A stretch of DNA of 64,000 bases from Candidatus Bathyarchaeia archaeon (GCA_050010755.1 JBEKKK010000001.1:1088001-1152000); one strand, 5' to 3'. Counted from the stretch's first letter, positions 9,732 to 19,050 are shown. Made by a program: numbers and translations. The notes: a model not told the origin generated them from the letters alone.

Positions 9732-10244
9732 ATGAGTCAAGACCTCTCCCCAGAAGTTTTCTTCAACGTCAACGCGAAGCTTGAAGAGCAGAAAAAAACT
9801 AGCAACACAGCGGAACTTGCCTTCACTCTCCTAATAGAAACAAAGCCTAACGCGGTAAAGTATTCTGTCGGAGGCACTGTAGAACTTGAAGGCAACATTC
9901 GGGACATAAACAAGAAATTGGAACCGAACCCAAAAACAAAAATACCCCAAATTCTATTTACGGTTTATCAACACGTTTTCAGTTCTATATATTTGCTCTC
10001 ATCAATTCTCGGAACCCCTTACCCTCCTCCTGACATGCTACATCCAATGCAGGAGAAGATATTAATCCTCCACAAGGATGCCAAAGACGAAGCAGCACAG
10101 TCAACAGAGGAAAATGGGCGGGAAGCTTCTCAATCGAAGAAGACACCTGAAAATCTGCAGAAGGAACCCAAGGAACCTGAAATATTCGTAGGAAAGCCTG
10201 AAACAGAGACTAACAAAGCTACCGCAGCGCCACGGGTTAATTGA
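9732..10244 (+). CDS. Hypothetical protein, SecB-like fold suspected
   Basis: Alternating beta strands, then a long helix ending LGTPYPPP, then a disordered tail; frame is open upstream to 9642. Confidence 0.55.
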   Translation: MSQDLSPEVFFNVNAKLEEQKKTSNTAELAFTLLIETKPNAVKYSVGGTVELEGNIRDINKKLEPNPKTKIPQILFTVYQHVFSSIYLLSSILGTPYPPPDMLHPMQEKILILHKDAKDEAAQSTEENGREASQSKKTPENLQKEPKEPEIFVGKPETETNKATAAPRVN

Positions 10245-10254
10245 TAAACCGCTC

Positions 10255-10623
10255 TTAGAATCCAATCATTTTAAGCCCAAAACTCAGGATAATATTAGCT
10301 GCAGCGGAGATCCCGAAGATTAAAATGATGGTCTTCGGCGAGATTGTGAAAGAGGAATTCTCCTCCTCCCTGGGCTGTATTTCATAGCCCTTGATTTCAT
10401 GCGTTTCGGATTCAACGCGTACGATTGCTGACATCTTCTTCATTTCGACCTCAACAATGTACAACCCCTCTTCAAATGAGACCCTCTTGGGTTTCAAACC
10501 GCCTTTATTTCCTATTCTCTTCAAGAAATTAGTCGCAATTGTTGTTACAGATTCGGCGTTCAGTGCCTTTAGCTGCCCAGAATTAATAATGATTGGAACT
10601 TTCCTCTCCAGAGTTGCTGCCAA
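10255..10623 (-). CDS. Small tail-anchored protein with PepSY-like domain
   Basis: GGAGG RBS before TTG; helix plus Y.VEV....VRVE..T.EI.GY pattern; C-terminal TM. Confidence 0.6.
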   Translation of the reverse strand: MAATLERKVPIIINSGQLKALNAESVTTIATNFLKRIGNKGGLKPKRVSFEEGLYIVEVEMKKMSAIVRVESETHEIKGYEIQPREEENSSFTISPKTIILIFGISAAANIILSFGLKMIGF

Positions 10624-10827
10624 CTCTAATGCCTCCGGTCTACTTTCAAGGAAACACCTTTCCCACTGATGGATTCTTGCAGAGGTAGATTGGTTTTCGT
10701 CAGGCTCATCTCTCTTATTAACGGCCAGCGAGCTAGCTCTGATTTAATGTCAGATTCTCGGTTTATAGCATTAATGAATCTTGAATAAACATTCTCAGTA
10801 AGGGTGTGCATTGCGGAGTCAAAACGC

Positions 10828-12489
10828 TCAGCCCTTGAATTTTCTTGCATATACCAACACTCCGATCGCCGTTGCTGTGCCCACCCCGATTAGTATGAAA
10901 AGCGAATACTTTGTAAGCACAGGCTCTTGAACTTGAATTGTCAATGGAGGGCTTTCACTTGCGAAGATGGAGGAATTGCCGTAAAACTCTGCATAGGCTA
11001 ACCATTCTCCTGTGCTGTTAGGCCTAAAGCTCGCCATGAAAGTGCCGTCCTGAAGTGTGAAACATTGTATCTGTTCTGTTACGTTCGCAGAAGAGACGTA
11101 AATGGTGATTGGAACGTTCGCAGTTTGAGGATTGAAACTGCCTTCCAGCGTAACGTTATCTCCTAACGTTGGCTCCATAGAAGTGGAGGTCAGATTCATT
11201 GTCGAAGCGTATTTCACCTGGTACGCCCCTCTTGCGCCAAGCAAGTTCTCCAACGTATCCGTCGCCGTTACTATATAGTTCACTGTTGTTCCTGCTGCCT
11301 GTTTCGGAATGGTTGCATTGCACGTGTTGTTCGAAACATCCATATCAATCGTATCATTGCTGTTCCAATTATCCGTCGTGTATTGCAGAATAGCGTTCTG
11401 CAGATCCGTTGAATTTGAAGCATAGGAAATCGTCGTATCGTTGTCTGGATATACTGCCGTGGGAACCGTTACTGGCTTCAAGTAGGTGTTGTTGAATTCA
11501 GTTTTTATGAGGTAATCTATAGTTCCGTAACCAACTTCTCCGATGAAGACAAGATGGTACAGATTCAGCCCTCCTGATTTGGGCGCAGAAAAATTCAAGA
11601 ACATGCCTTGACCGTAATACTCACAACTGGAATAAGCGTTGCCTCTGTATCCTTCAGTATCAAGGTTGTATCCTCCTGTTACGGTTGTTCCGGTGTTTGT
11701 TAGGGTTGTTCCGTTGCTTGTAATGCCATAAAGCCCCTGTTCCCATGCCAGTGGAACTCCGTCGAGGATAGTTTGGTTGGTTGATGACGAATCAGACATT
11801 AGGTAGAGCCTAGCCTCGTACATGTCCAGAGTCTTCGGGACATTCACGTATACTTCAACATACTGACTTGCCGTTGCGAACTCATAACCCCAACTTGTGT
11901 TGAGCATCGGCAGGTTGGCGCTTCCGAATCCTTCAGCATAATGTTGGTTCCAAACATCAGTTTGCACGTCTTCAATTAGCATGAACGTGGCTTCTTGAGC
12001 TGCTTGGCTCGCTTTGATGTTATTTGATATTACAAAAGTGTAGTTGCCCGATAGCTGTGGAACAAAGAAAGCCGAGCCGTTAGTCCCTAAATTCGCTAGG
12101 AGACCTGCAGACGGTGTGTGGTAGCCCACCATTTCTCCCGCATCATCATAAACGTAAACGTCATAGCAAGTCAGTGGATACGGACCAGAATTAGTAAAAT
12201 TACCATAAAGATAGGCGTGGTAAGTATGGTTTGCAACCAGCGGACACACGATGGTCCAGTTCTGACCCGGCATTATCTGCGAGTCATTTATCAACACTGG
12301 AAAACATGGTTTCTCCAGGTAGGTCCAATTTCCCAAAGATCCTGAGTTCACGTAGGTGTGAACGTACGTTGAATATTCTGTAAGATAGTTGGCTGCTGAT
12401 CCTATTCTGGAGCCGGCTAGCTGGGCTACAAACAGTACAACTAAGATTTGGACTGCTTTTCTTTTCGAAAGAAAGCGTGAAAATCTCAA
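10828..12489 (-). CDS. Large secreted cell-surface glycoprotein with C-terminal membrane anchor
   Basis: Signal peptide, beta-rich Ig-like segments, many sequons, C-terminal TM plus basic tail. Confidence 0.75.
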   Translation of the reverse strand: MRFSRFLSKRKAVQILVVLFVAQLAGSRIGSAANYLTEYSTYVHTYVNSGSLGNWTYLEKPCFPVLINDSQIMPGQNWTIVCPLVANHTYHAYLYGNFTNSGPYPLTCYDVYVYDDAGEMVGYHTPSAGLLANLGTNGSAFFVPQLSGNYTFVISNNIKASQAAQEATFMLIEDVQTDVWNQHYAEGFGSANLPMLNTSWGYEFATASQYVEVYVNVPKTLDMYEARLYLMSDSSSTNQTILDGVPLAWEQGLYGITSNGTTLTNTGTTVTGGYNLDTEGYRGNAYSSCEYYGQGMFLNFSAPKSGGLNLYHLVFIGEVGYGTIDYLIKTEFNNTYLKPVTVPTAVYPDNDTTISYASNSTDLQNAILQYTTDNWNSNDTIDMDVSNNTCNATIPKQAAGTTVNYIVTATDTLENLLGARGAYQVKYASTMNLTSTSMEPTLGDNVTLEGSFNPQTANVPITIYVSSANVTEQIQCFTLQDGTFMASFRPNSTGEWLAYAEFYGNSSIFASESPPLTIQVQEPVLTKYSLFILIGVGTATAIGVLVYARKFKG

Positions 12490-12734
12490 CCATGACCACT
12501 GACTTGATAATTCAATCGCTGTCGAAGAAATACGTTATGAACATGGGGTTTTGATTTGTAGACCAGTGCGGTTCTTCATAGCCTTGCAGAGAACTGGTGA
12601 TAAGTATACTGAGTTCATAACTCATTTATCCCTATCCGGGCAACTTGGAAGGCAGAGGAATACGGGTTGCTAGATAGCATCCATATTGAGTCTGAGATTG
12701 ATCCGTGTAAAGATTGTTGTTGTGGTGTTACGAT

Positions 12735-14033
12735 TTGAGAATAGGGTTTTTCGTTTGGGAATATCCTCCCGCCCTCGTTGGCGGTTTAGGAACATACGCT
12801 GAATATATAACACGCCAGCTGGTTTCCATGGGCAATGACGTGACTGTTTTCACTCTTAATCCGGGAAACCTGAAGACTAGAGAAATTCTGAAGGGGGTAG
12901 AGGTTCATAGACCCCTAGTCGCTGACGCAAGCAATGTTTTTCCAATGTTTGTTGTTGATGACCTGAAGCAATGGGGCACAAACATTCGTATGTTTAATGA
13001 CATATTCATCTATAACATATTGAGTGCGTCAAAATTTGTGAATAGTATGGTGAAAAAGGAAGGCTGTAATTTTGACATTGTCTGTGTACACGACTGGCTG
13101 AGCAGCATATCTGGTCTAATGGTCAAGAATGAGACGAAGATTCCGGTGGTTTTTCACGTGCACAGCACCGAGTGGGGTAGGGCAGGAGGACAGGGGTCAG
13201 AAGTTGTGTCTCACCTGGAATGGGCAACTTCGCAGAAGGTGGACAAGATAATAACGGTCAGTCATGCTATGCAAGAGGACTTGGCTAGGCACGGTTGGCC
13301 AAAATCCAAAATAAGCGTTGTTTGGAACGGCGTGGACCCTGACTACTATAGTCCCAGAAACTGCAAAGCTGAGGAAATTGAAGCAATCCGTAACATGTAC
13401 GGATTAAAACCTGATGAAAAAATGATTTTGTTTCTCGGAAGGCTGACATGGGTTAAGGGTGTTACGAACCTCGTTCAGGCGATGCCTACCGTGTTGGCAG
13501 AATACCCGGACACTAAATTGGTCATTCTGGGAAAGGGTGAACAACAAAACGACATAGTCGAAGCTGCAAACAGACTTGGAATAAGCGAAAAAGTCGCCTG
13601 CAGATTCGAATTCGTGCCCGAGAGAGAACGTATCCTCCATTACGCTGCAGCAGACGCTTGCATTTTCCCCTCCACCTACGAACCGTTCGGAATAGTTAGC
13701 CTAGAAGCCATGTCAATGGAGAAACCAATAATCGTGGGAGCACAAGGCACCGTTGGATTCAGAGAACAGGTCATTCCGACTGGACCAGACCAGAACGGCG
13801 TTCACGTAAATGGCGGTAACCCTGCCGACATCGCTTGGGGCATCAAAGAAGTCCTGTCAGATCCAGAAAGAGCCAAAAAGTGGGGAATAAACGGCAGAAA
13901 AAGGGTATTACAGTATTTCACGTGGCGAGAAGCCGCAGAACAGACACTTCGAATATACAACATGACAATACACCCGCAAGAACACGAGGAATACAAACTA
14001 GTCGATCTGGTTGAGACATTAGCAAACGAATAA
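12735..14033 (+). CDS. GT4 glycosyltransferase (glycogen synthase-like)
   Basis: WEYPP..VGGLG, HDW, HVHSTE.GR, YEPFGIVSLEAM. Confidence 0.9.
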   Translation: MRIGFFVWEYPPALVGGLGTYAEYITRQLVSMGNDVTVFTLNPGNLKTREILKGVEVHRPLVADASNVFPMFVVDDLKQWGTNIRMFNDIFIYNILSASKFVNSMVKKEGCNFDIVCVHDWLSSISGLMVKNETKIPVVFHVHSTEWGRAGGQGSEVVSHLEWATSQKVDKIITVSHAMQEDLARHGWPKSKISVVWNGVDPDYYSPRNCKAEEIEAIRNMYGLKPDEKMILFLGRLTWVKGVTNLVQAMPTVLAEYPDTKLVILGKGEQQNDIVEAANRLGISEKVACRFEFVPERERILHYAAADACIFPSTYEPFGIVSLEAMSMEKPIIVGAQGTVGFREQVIPTGPDQNGVHVNGGNPADIAWGIKEVLSDPERAKKWGINGRKRVLQYFTWREAAEQTLRIYNMTIHPQEHEEYKLVDLVETLANE

Positions 14034-14192
14034 AGAGCCTCACCAGCGCGTCAAAATCCTGAACCTCTGGCGGTCCTCTCGTACCACCGTCCAACATCAG
14101 CCTCATCGGGCAAAGGCGCGTATTTTGCAATATTCATAAGAGAGAATCGTAGCTTTTACGGCAGTGGAAGAAACGGTTTCTGAATTAGAATG

Positions 14193-14289
14193 TGGTGGGC
14201 CCGCCCGGATTTGAACCGGGGATCAACAGGTTTCTGAACGCTTAGTGCGCTTATGAGCCTGGCGCTCTACCTAGCTGAGCTACGGGCCC
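14193..14289 (-). tRNA. tRNA-Ile2(CAT) with a 20-nt intron at 37/38 (14232-14251), CCA encoded
   Basis: Cloverleaf with GGGCCCG acceptor, GTTCAAATC T-arm, CAT anticodon at 14253-14255, relaxed BHB; the GGGCCC acceptor is typical of archaeal Ile rather than Met. Confidence 0.85.
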
Positions 14290-14371
14290 TTGAATGCCTG
14301 TTTTCTGTTATATTGCTGTTTTCAAGTTAATTTAAGTGTTTTTGGGTTTAGATTATCAAGCGTGCGCAATC

Positions 14372-14401
14372 TAATTTAATGCTTATAATTTAATGCTTAT
14401 A
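14372..14401 (+). repeat. Perfect 14-bp tandem duplication in a promoter region
   Basis: TAATTTAATGCTTA x2. Confidence 0.8.
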
Positions 14402-14449
14402 TGATAGAGTTTCCAGAACGTTCAGCAAAGAAAAGGAGACAAGTCCCAA

Positions 14450-14944
14450 ATGAAGCCTGCATTACTTGTGATTGACATTCAGAATGACTTCTTCAACTTC
14501 AGCCAGGTCTGCGCAGACTCCTTGAAATCGGCCATCGAATACGTGAATGCGGCGACTGGTTTGTTCAGAAAAAGGAACTTTCCCGTCGTCATCATCCAAC
14601 ACAAGAACGAAGGAAACAATCTAGTTCCAGGCAAGCTAGGCTTCGATGTGCCTGACACTGTGAAAATCGAGCCCACTGACTTCCGAATAGTGAAGGCATA
14701 TGGCAACTCATTCAAGAAAACGGGATTAACGGAGAAGCTGAAGGAACTCGGAGTTGACACGGTCATAATCACTGGTTTCTGCGCCGAAGAATGCGTCCTA
14801 TCTACGTACAAAGGCGCGGAGGACTTGGACTTGAAACCGATAATACTCAAAGGCTCAATCGCCTCAACCAATCTCGAACATATCAGGTTTGTGGAGGAAA
14901 TCTGCGACACCGTGACCTTCGGCGCGCTTGAGACGTTACTTTAG
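14450..14944 (+). CDS. Cysteine hydrolase (isochorismatase family)
   Basis: ALLVIDIQNDF, K..GNSF, GFCAEECV. Confidence 0.9.
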   Translation: MKPALLVIDIQNDFFNFSQVCADSLKSAIEYVNAATGLFRKRNFPVVIIQHKNEGNNLVPGKLGFDVPDTVKIEPTDFRIVKAYGNSFKKTGLTEKLKELGVDTVIITGFCAEECVLSTYKGAEDLDLKPIILKGSIASTNLEHIRFVEEICDTVTFGALETLL

Positions 14945-15013
14945 ATGTTTCAAACAGAACCTGCAACGCGGGTTGGGGACCAACATGACGGTTTTTGGCC
15001 GTGAAATTGTGGG

Positions 15014-15886
15014 CTAGCGGTGCATGCGTTCGTAGTGATACAGGTATTCTTGAGCGTATCCTGCGTGGTTGCCGAAGTATTCTCTGCCGAAGGAACTGAA
15101 CTTCTCGTATGCGGATATGCTCAGCGATTGTTGTGGAGTGTTCTTTCTGATGAATTCCGTTGGGAAGTGTTTTGCATAGTACTTTAGAACTACTCGTCTC
15201 ACCCAAACGTCGACGGGAAACGCCTCAAGCCTTTCCAGAGAAAACAGTAGGACGCAGTCTGCGACCTTTGGACCTACGCCAGGAAGCGTCAGCAGCTCTT
15301 CTTTCGCTTCCTCATAGGTCGCTTCTTTCAGGCGTTCAAAGTCAACTCCGTTCTTGTGGACCGTTCTTGCTGTTTCAGAGACGTATTTAGCCCGGTAACC
15401 CAGGCCGCATTCCTGCAATTCTTGCAGTGGTGCTTTTGCCAGTTTTTCAGGTTTCGGGAAACCGTAGAACTTGTGGCTGTCGAGGCAGATTTTTTCTCCA
15501 AATTTCCCGGAAAGGTTGGCCAGCATCTGACTTATGGCCGAGATGCTCTTGTAGGTGGCGCAGATGTAAGATATCAGGCATTCCCAAGGTTCCTGGCGTA
15601 GGATGCGTAGGCCATTGAACTCGTTGATGGCGGCCCTGATGTAATTGTCTTTGCCGATCTGAGCGAGTATCTTGGGTAAGTCGTCATCCAAACGAAAGTA
15701 GAGTTCAACGAAGCTTGTGTTCACGCCTTCGAACTCTAGGGTCCTGCCGTTCTGGTGTATCTTGCACACTTCATCTCCGACGATGCCCAGCCACCAGTCG
15801 TCCTGTTTTTGCCATCTGAACGTCTGTCCGCAGCAGAGGGTGAAATCAAGGTTGAAAGGTGTTGAGGAGCCCAGCTTAATGTGCAC
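15014..15886 (-). CDS. ogg: 8-oxoguanine DNA glycosylase (OGG1 type)
   Basis: TL.CGQTFRW, GLRILRQEPWECLISYI, HhH-GPD LPGVGPKVADC..PVDVW, AGYAQEYLY. Confidence 0.9.
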   Translation of the reverse strand: MHIKLGSSTPFNLDFTLCCGQTFRWQKQDDWWLGIVGDEVCKIHQNGRTLEFEGVNTSFVELYFRLDDDLPKILAQIGKDNYIRAAINEFNGLRILRQEPWECLISYICATYKSISAISQMLANLSGKFGEKICLDSHKFYGFPKPEKLAKAPLQELQECGLGYRAKYVSETARTVHKNGVDFERLKEATYEEAKEELLTLPGVGPKVADCVLLFSLERLEAFPVDVWVRRVVLKYYAKHFPTEFIRKNTPQQSLSISAYEKFSSFGREYFGNHAGYAQEYLYHYERMHR

Positions 15887-15904
15887 GCTTTCACTTCCAT
15901 TTAG

Positions 15905-18070
15905 TCAAGCTTCATCCACGAACGTTTCAGGCCTGGGAATCTCCTTGGGTAGTCCTCTCGTCTCGCGAAGTTTCGTGATTAATTGGTCGGCGAGGTTTTC
16001 CGGAATCTTGCTCCAGTGGTCGAAGACGAATTGCCAAAAGGCGTAGCCCGAAGTTGCTGTGCGCATTTCTGCGGACAGGCCGAGGGTTTCTTCCACGGGG
16101 ATGTAGCCGGTGATCGTCGCTACCAAGCCTTTCTGCTCTGTTCTGAGTATTTTTCCTCGCCTGCGGGATATTATGTTGGTGCATGTGCCGAACCATTGCG
16201 GTTGGACGGTGACTTCGATTTTGTATATCGGCTCCAGGAGGACTGGTTTCGCTGTGAGAAATGAGCCTAGGATTGCACGGCTCACGGCCCGTGTTATCTG
16301 GTCAGGTTCGCGCAGGCTCGGGTCGGGGTCGAGCTCCGTTTTCATCAGCCTGGCCTGCACTTCTCTGAGGGGTTGCTCGCACAAGGCTCCGCTTCTGCAG
16401 GCCCAGTTGAACCCGGCTATGATGCTGGCCTTAGCTTCTTCTAAGTGCTGAGCGCCTGGACTCGAGTTTATGAGCTCGTTTCTGTTCTCGTCGGTTGCCC
16501 AGACGTGATTCGATTCTTCCGCTTCCTGGCTCACAGCTTGTTCTTCCTTTTTCTGCTTCGAGAGTCTGCTTTCTGCGGGTTGCACTTGTATCCAGAAGTT
16601 GTTGCGTTTGTTGGGGCTTTTGGCCATTACGGTTCTGCCTTGTTTTGTTACTGTTTCTCTGTAGGCTGGGATGGGGCTGGAGGTTGTGAGTTCCGCGTCG
16701 CCGATGATTTGTTTCAGGGAGTTCATGGCGATTTCTAGATGAAGTTCTCCTATGCCGCTGATGAGGTATTGGCCGGTTTCTTTGTCGATTGTTGTTGTTA
16801 GGTTTGGATCTTCTATCAAGAGTTTGTTCATGGCTTCTATGACTCTTGGCAGGTCGGAGGGTTTTTTCGGTTCGACGCTGATGGTCATTACGGGTTCTGC
16901 CGCGTATTTTACGTGTTCGAATGGAACCATGGCCTCTTTTTGTTTGTTATCGACGAGGGTGTTTCCTGCCCTTGCCATATCGATGCCTGATAAGGCGGCG
17001 ATGTTGCCCGATGTGATGCTGTTGATGGGCTCTCTGAAGGCGCCCATGTACATCATGACCTGCTGGACTCGGTACGTCTTGTTTTCTTCTACCAAGTGGA
17101 CTTCGTCTCCCTGCTTTATCGAGCCTGAGAAGAGTCTTCCAGTTGCCACTAGGCCTGTTCCTGGGATGGTTTGTGCCATGGTTATGCACATGGTCGCTGG
17201 CCCTTTGTCGTCGCAGTTTAGCATGGCTTGGCCGATTTCAGAGTCGGTTTTACCCTTCCAGATTTTTGGGATTCGGTATTTTTGGCTTTCAACTGGGCTT
17301 GGAAGGTTCTTGACAATCTTGTCCAGAATGGCTGTGTGGAGCGGAGTCAGTCTCGAGAGTTGTTGATGTTTGATTCTTCCATGTGCGTCCAAGATGTCGC
17401 TGCCGCCGAGTTTTATGCCTTTTTCGTTGGCTGTTCTGAGGGTGAATCCCCATTTGTGGAGGGCCGAGCCAAAGACGACGCTTCCCTCAGCAGGGTCTAC
17501 TTTCCATTTTTTGAATTCTGGCTCCGCATAGTTCTCTATCAGATTGTTGAAGTCGGCGGTTATGCGGTTGAGCTTTTTCTGAATTTCCGCAGGGGTTAAT
17601 TTCATTTCTTCTATGAGTCGATCCAGCTTATTTATGAAGAGAACTGGCTTCACCCGCTCTTCGAGAGCTTGGCGTGTGACGGTCTCTGTTTGGGCCATGA
17701 CTTCTTCCACGGCGTCAATGACCACGACCGCGCCGTCTATCGCCCTTAAGGCTCTTGTGACCTTGCCCGTGAAGTCCACGTGGCCCGGAGTGTCAACGAG
17801 GTTGATTACGTAGGAGCGACCGTCCATAACGTGTAGTAGGGAAATGTTTGCAGTTTTAATCGTGATTCCGCGTCTCTGCTCTTCTTCCAGATAATCAAGA
17901 GCTCTGGCAGAGCCCGCCACTTGCCGCGGAAGCAACCCAGCCTCATAGAGCAGCGAATCGGTCATCGTGGTCTTGCCGTGGTCGATGTGGGCGATTATGC
18001 CCACGTTGCGTATAGCCTCTTTTCTGCCCATCAGCCTTAGAATTTCCTGGGTTTGCTTGAACCTAGGCAT
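15905..18070 (-). CDS. Elongation factor 2 paralog lacking the diphthamide His
   Basis: AHIDHGKT, RGITI, DTPGH and NKLD intact; domain IV reads DPDPSLREPDQ instead of HED..HRGPAQ. Confidence 0.88.
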   Translation of the reverse strand: MPRFKQTQEILRLMGRKEAIRNVGIIAHIDHGKTTMTDSLLYEAGLLPRQVAGSARALDYLEEEQRRGITIKTANISLLHVMDGRSYVINLVDTPGHVDFTGKVTRALRAIDGAVVVIDAVEEVMAQTETVTRQALEERVKPVLFINKLDRLIEEMKLTPAEIQKKLNRITADFNNLIENYAEPEFKKWKVDPAEGSVVFGSALHKWGFTLRTANEKGIKLGGSDILDAHGRIKHQQLSRLTPLHTAILDKIVKNLPSPVESQKYRIPKIWKGKTDSEIGQAMLNCDDKGPATMCITMAQTIPGTGLVATGRLFSGSIKQGDEVHLVEENKTYRVQQVMMYMGAFREPINSITSGNIAALSGIDMARAGNTLVDNKQKEAMVPFEHVKYAAEPVMTISVEPKKPSDLPRVIEAMNKLLIEDPNLTTTIDKETGQYLISGIGELHLEIAMNSLKQIIGDAELTTSSPIPAYRETVTKQGRTVMAKSPNKRNNFWIQVQPAESRLSKQKKEEQAVSQEAEESNHVWATDENRNELINSSPGAQHLEEAKASIIAGFNWACRSGALCEQPLREVQARLMKTELDPDPSLREPDQITRAVSRAILGSFLTAKPVLLEPIYKIEVTVQPQWFGTCTNIISRRRGKILRTEQKGLVATITGYIPVEETLGLSAEMRTATSGYAFWQFVFDHWSKIPENLADQLITKLRETRGLPKEIPRPETFVDEA

Positions 18071-18291
18071 AGAAGTCTTTCCTTCACAACTCGTTTTTCC
18101 TATACGCCCTCCTGCATTTAAGCTTCCACAACTAGCATGAAATCAAAAACAAGGCATGGGTTAAACGTGAACAGGTGTTCCTCAGTGCCGAGTTGAGACT
18201 CGCAGTGATATCCTAAGTCTGTTGAGAACGAGGGCGATGCGGCTAGCTTTTATCGGCTCGGCCGGAAATAGAGAGATGGAAGTTTCAAACT

Positions 18292-19050
18292 TTGAAGAAA
18301 GCGTCCAGTGTGCCGATTGAAAAGCTTGTGGAAGACGCTGCGTATGCACAGGTTCTGTGTTATCCCAAATGTAAAGAAGGGGAATTGAGAAGGCGGGTTG
18401 GGGAGCTTCGAACTCTTGGAGTTACGGCTTTGGAGTTTGGCGGGCGCAAGCGGGTTTCTAACGTGAGCGTTCTGGGCAAGGGATGTGTGGGTATCGTTCT
18501 GGTTGCTCGTGTCAACGAGGAGAAGGTGGCACTGAAGGTTCGAAGGTTGGATGCGGATCGGTCTGTGATGCGGCATGAAGCGGAGATGTTGGAGAAGGCT
18601 AATTCCGTCGAGGTTGGGCCGAAGCTGTTGGGGTTTACTGGCAACATGGTTCTGATGGAGTTTGTGGACGGCTTTTTGCTTCCCGAATGGCTTGGGAAAC
18701 GTGTCGGAAAGCGGATTGTCAAAGAGGTCCTGCGCAAGGTACTTGAGCAGTGCTGGCGTTTGGATAGTGTAAGCTTGGATCATGGGGAATTGAGTCATGC
18801 GCCAAAACACATAATCGTTGACAGGTCGAATAGGCCGTTCATCGTTGACTTTGAAACGGCGAGCGTGAACCGGAGGCCGGCCAACGTTACCTCAATCTGT
18901 CAGTTCTTATTCATCACTGACATCGCAGAAGAAGTTGCTGGAAAGATCGGCGAGATAGACAAGAAGGCTATAATTGAGGCGTTGAGGGTTTACAAGAGGT
19001 GCGGCGGCCGTGAAAGTTTTGATGCAGTCTTGAAGGCTTGTGGTCTCTAG
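18292..19050 (+). CDS. RIO-like/archaeal Ser/Thr protein kinase
   Basis: LGKG..GIV, VALK, DHGELS, IVDFETAS. Confidence 0.85.
   Translation: MKKASSVPIEKLVEDAAYAQVLCYPKCKEGELRRRVGELRTLGVTALEFGGRKRVSNVSVLGKGCVGIVLVARVNEEKVALKVRRLDADRSVMRHEAEMLEKANSVEVGPKLLGFTGNMVLMEFVDGFLLPEWLGKRVGKRIVKEVLRKVLEQCWRLDSVSLDHGELSHAPKHIIVDRSNRPFIVDFETASVNRRPANVTSICQFLFITDIAEEVAGKIGEIDKKAIIEALRVYKRCGGRESFDAVLKACGL

Noticed and set aside
10626-10850. 74-aa ORF between the surface protein and the PepSY-like gene
   Set aside because: It overlaps the upstream CDS end and has no motif or RBS; cannot be supported.
14052-14127. Hammerhead ribozyme or C/D box sRNA
   Set aside because: CTGATG is followed by T, with no GAAA core, and there is no properly spaced RTGATGA/CTGA pair.
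14193-14289. tRNA-Met call
   Set aside because: The GGGCCC acceptor stem fits archaeal Ile2; it lacks the initiator A1-U72 pair and the triple G-C anticodon stem.
18177-18230. Possible structured RNA between the EF-2 paralog and the kinase (CGAGT-TGAG-ACTCG hairpin)
   Set aside because: Short stems of this kind are expected by chance, and there is no recognisable family motif.
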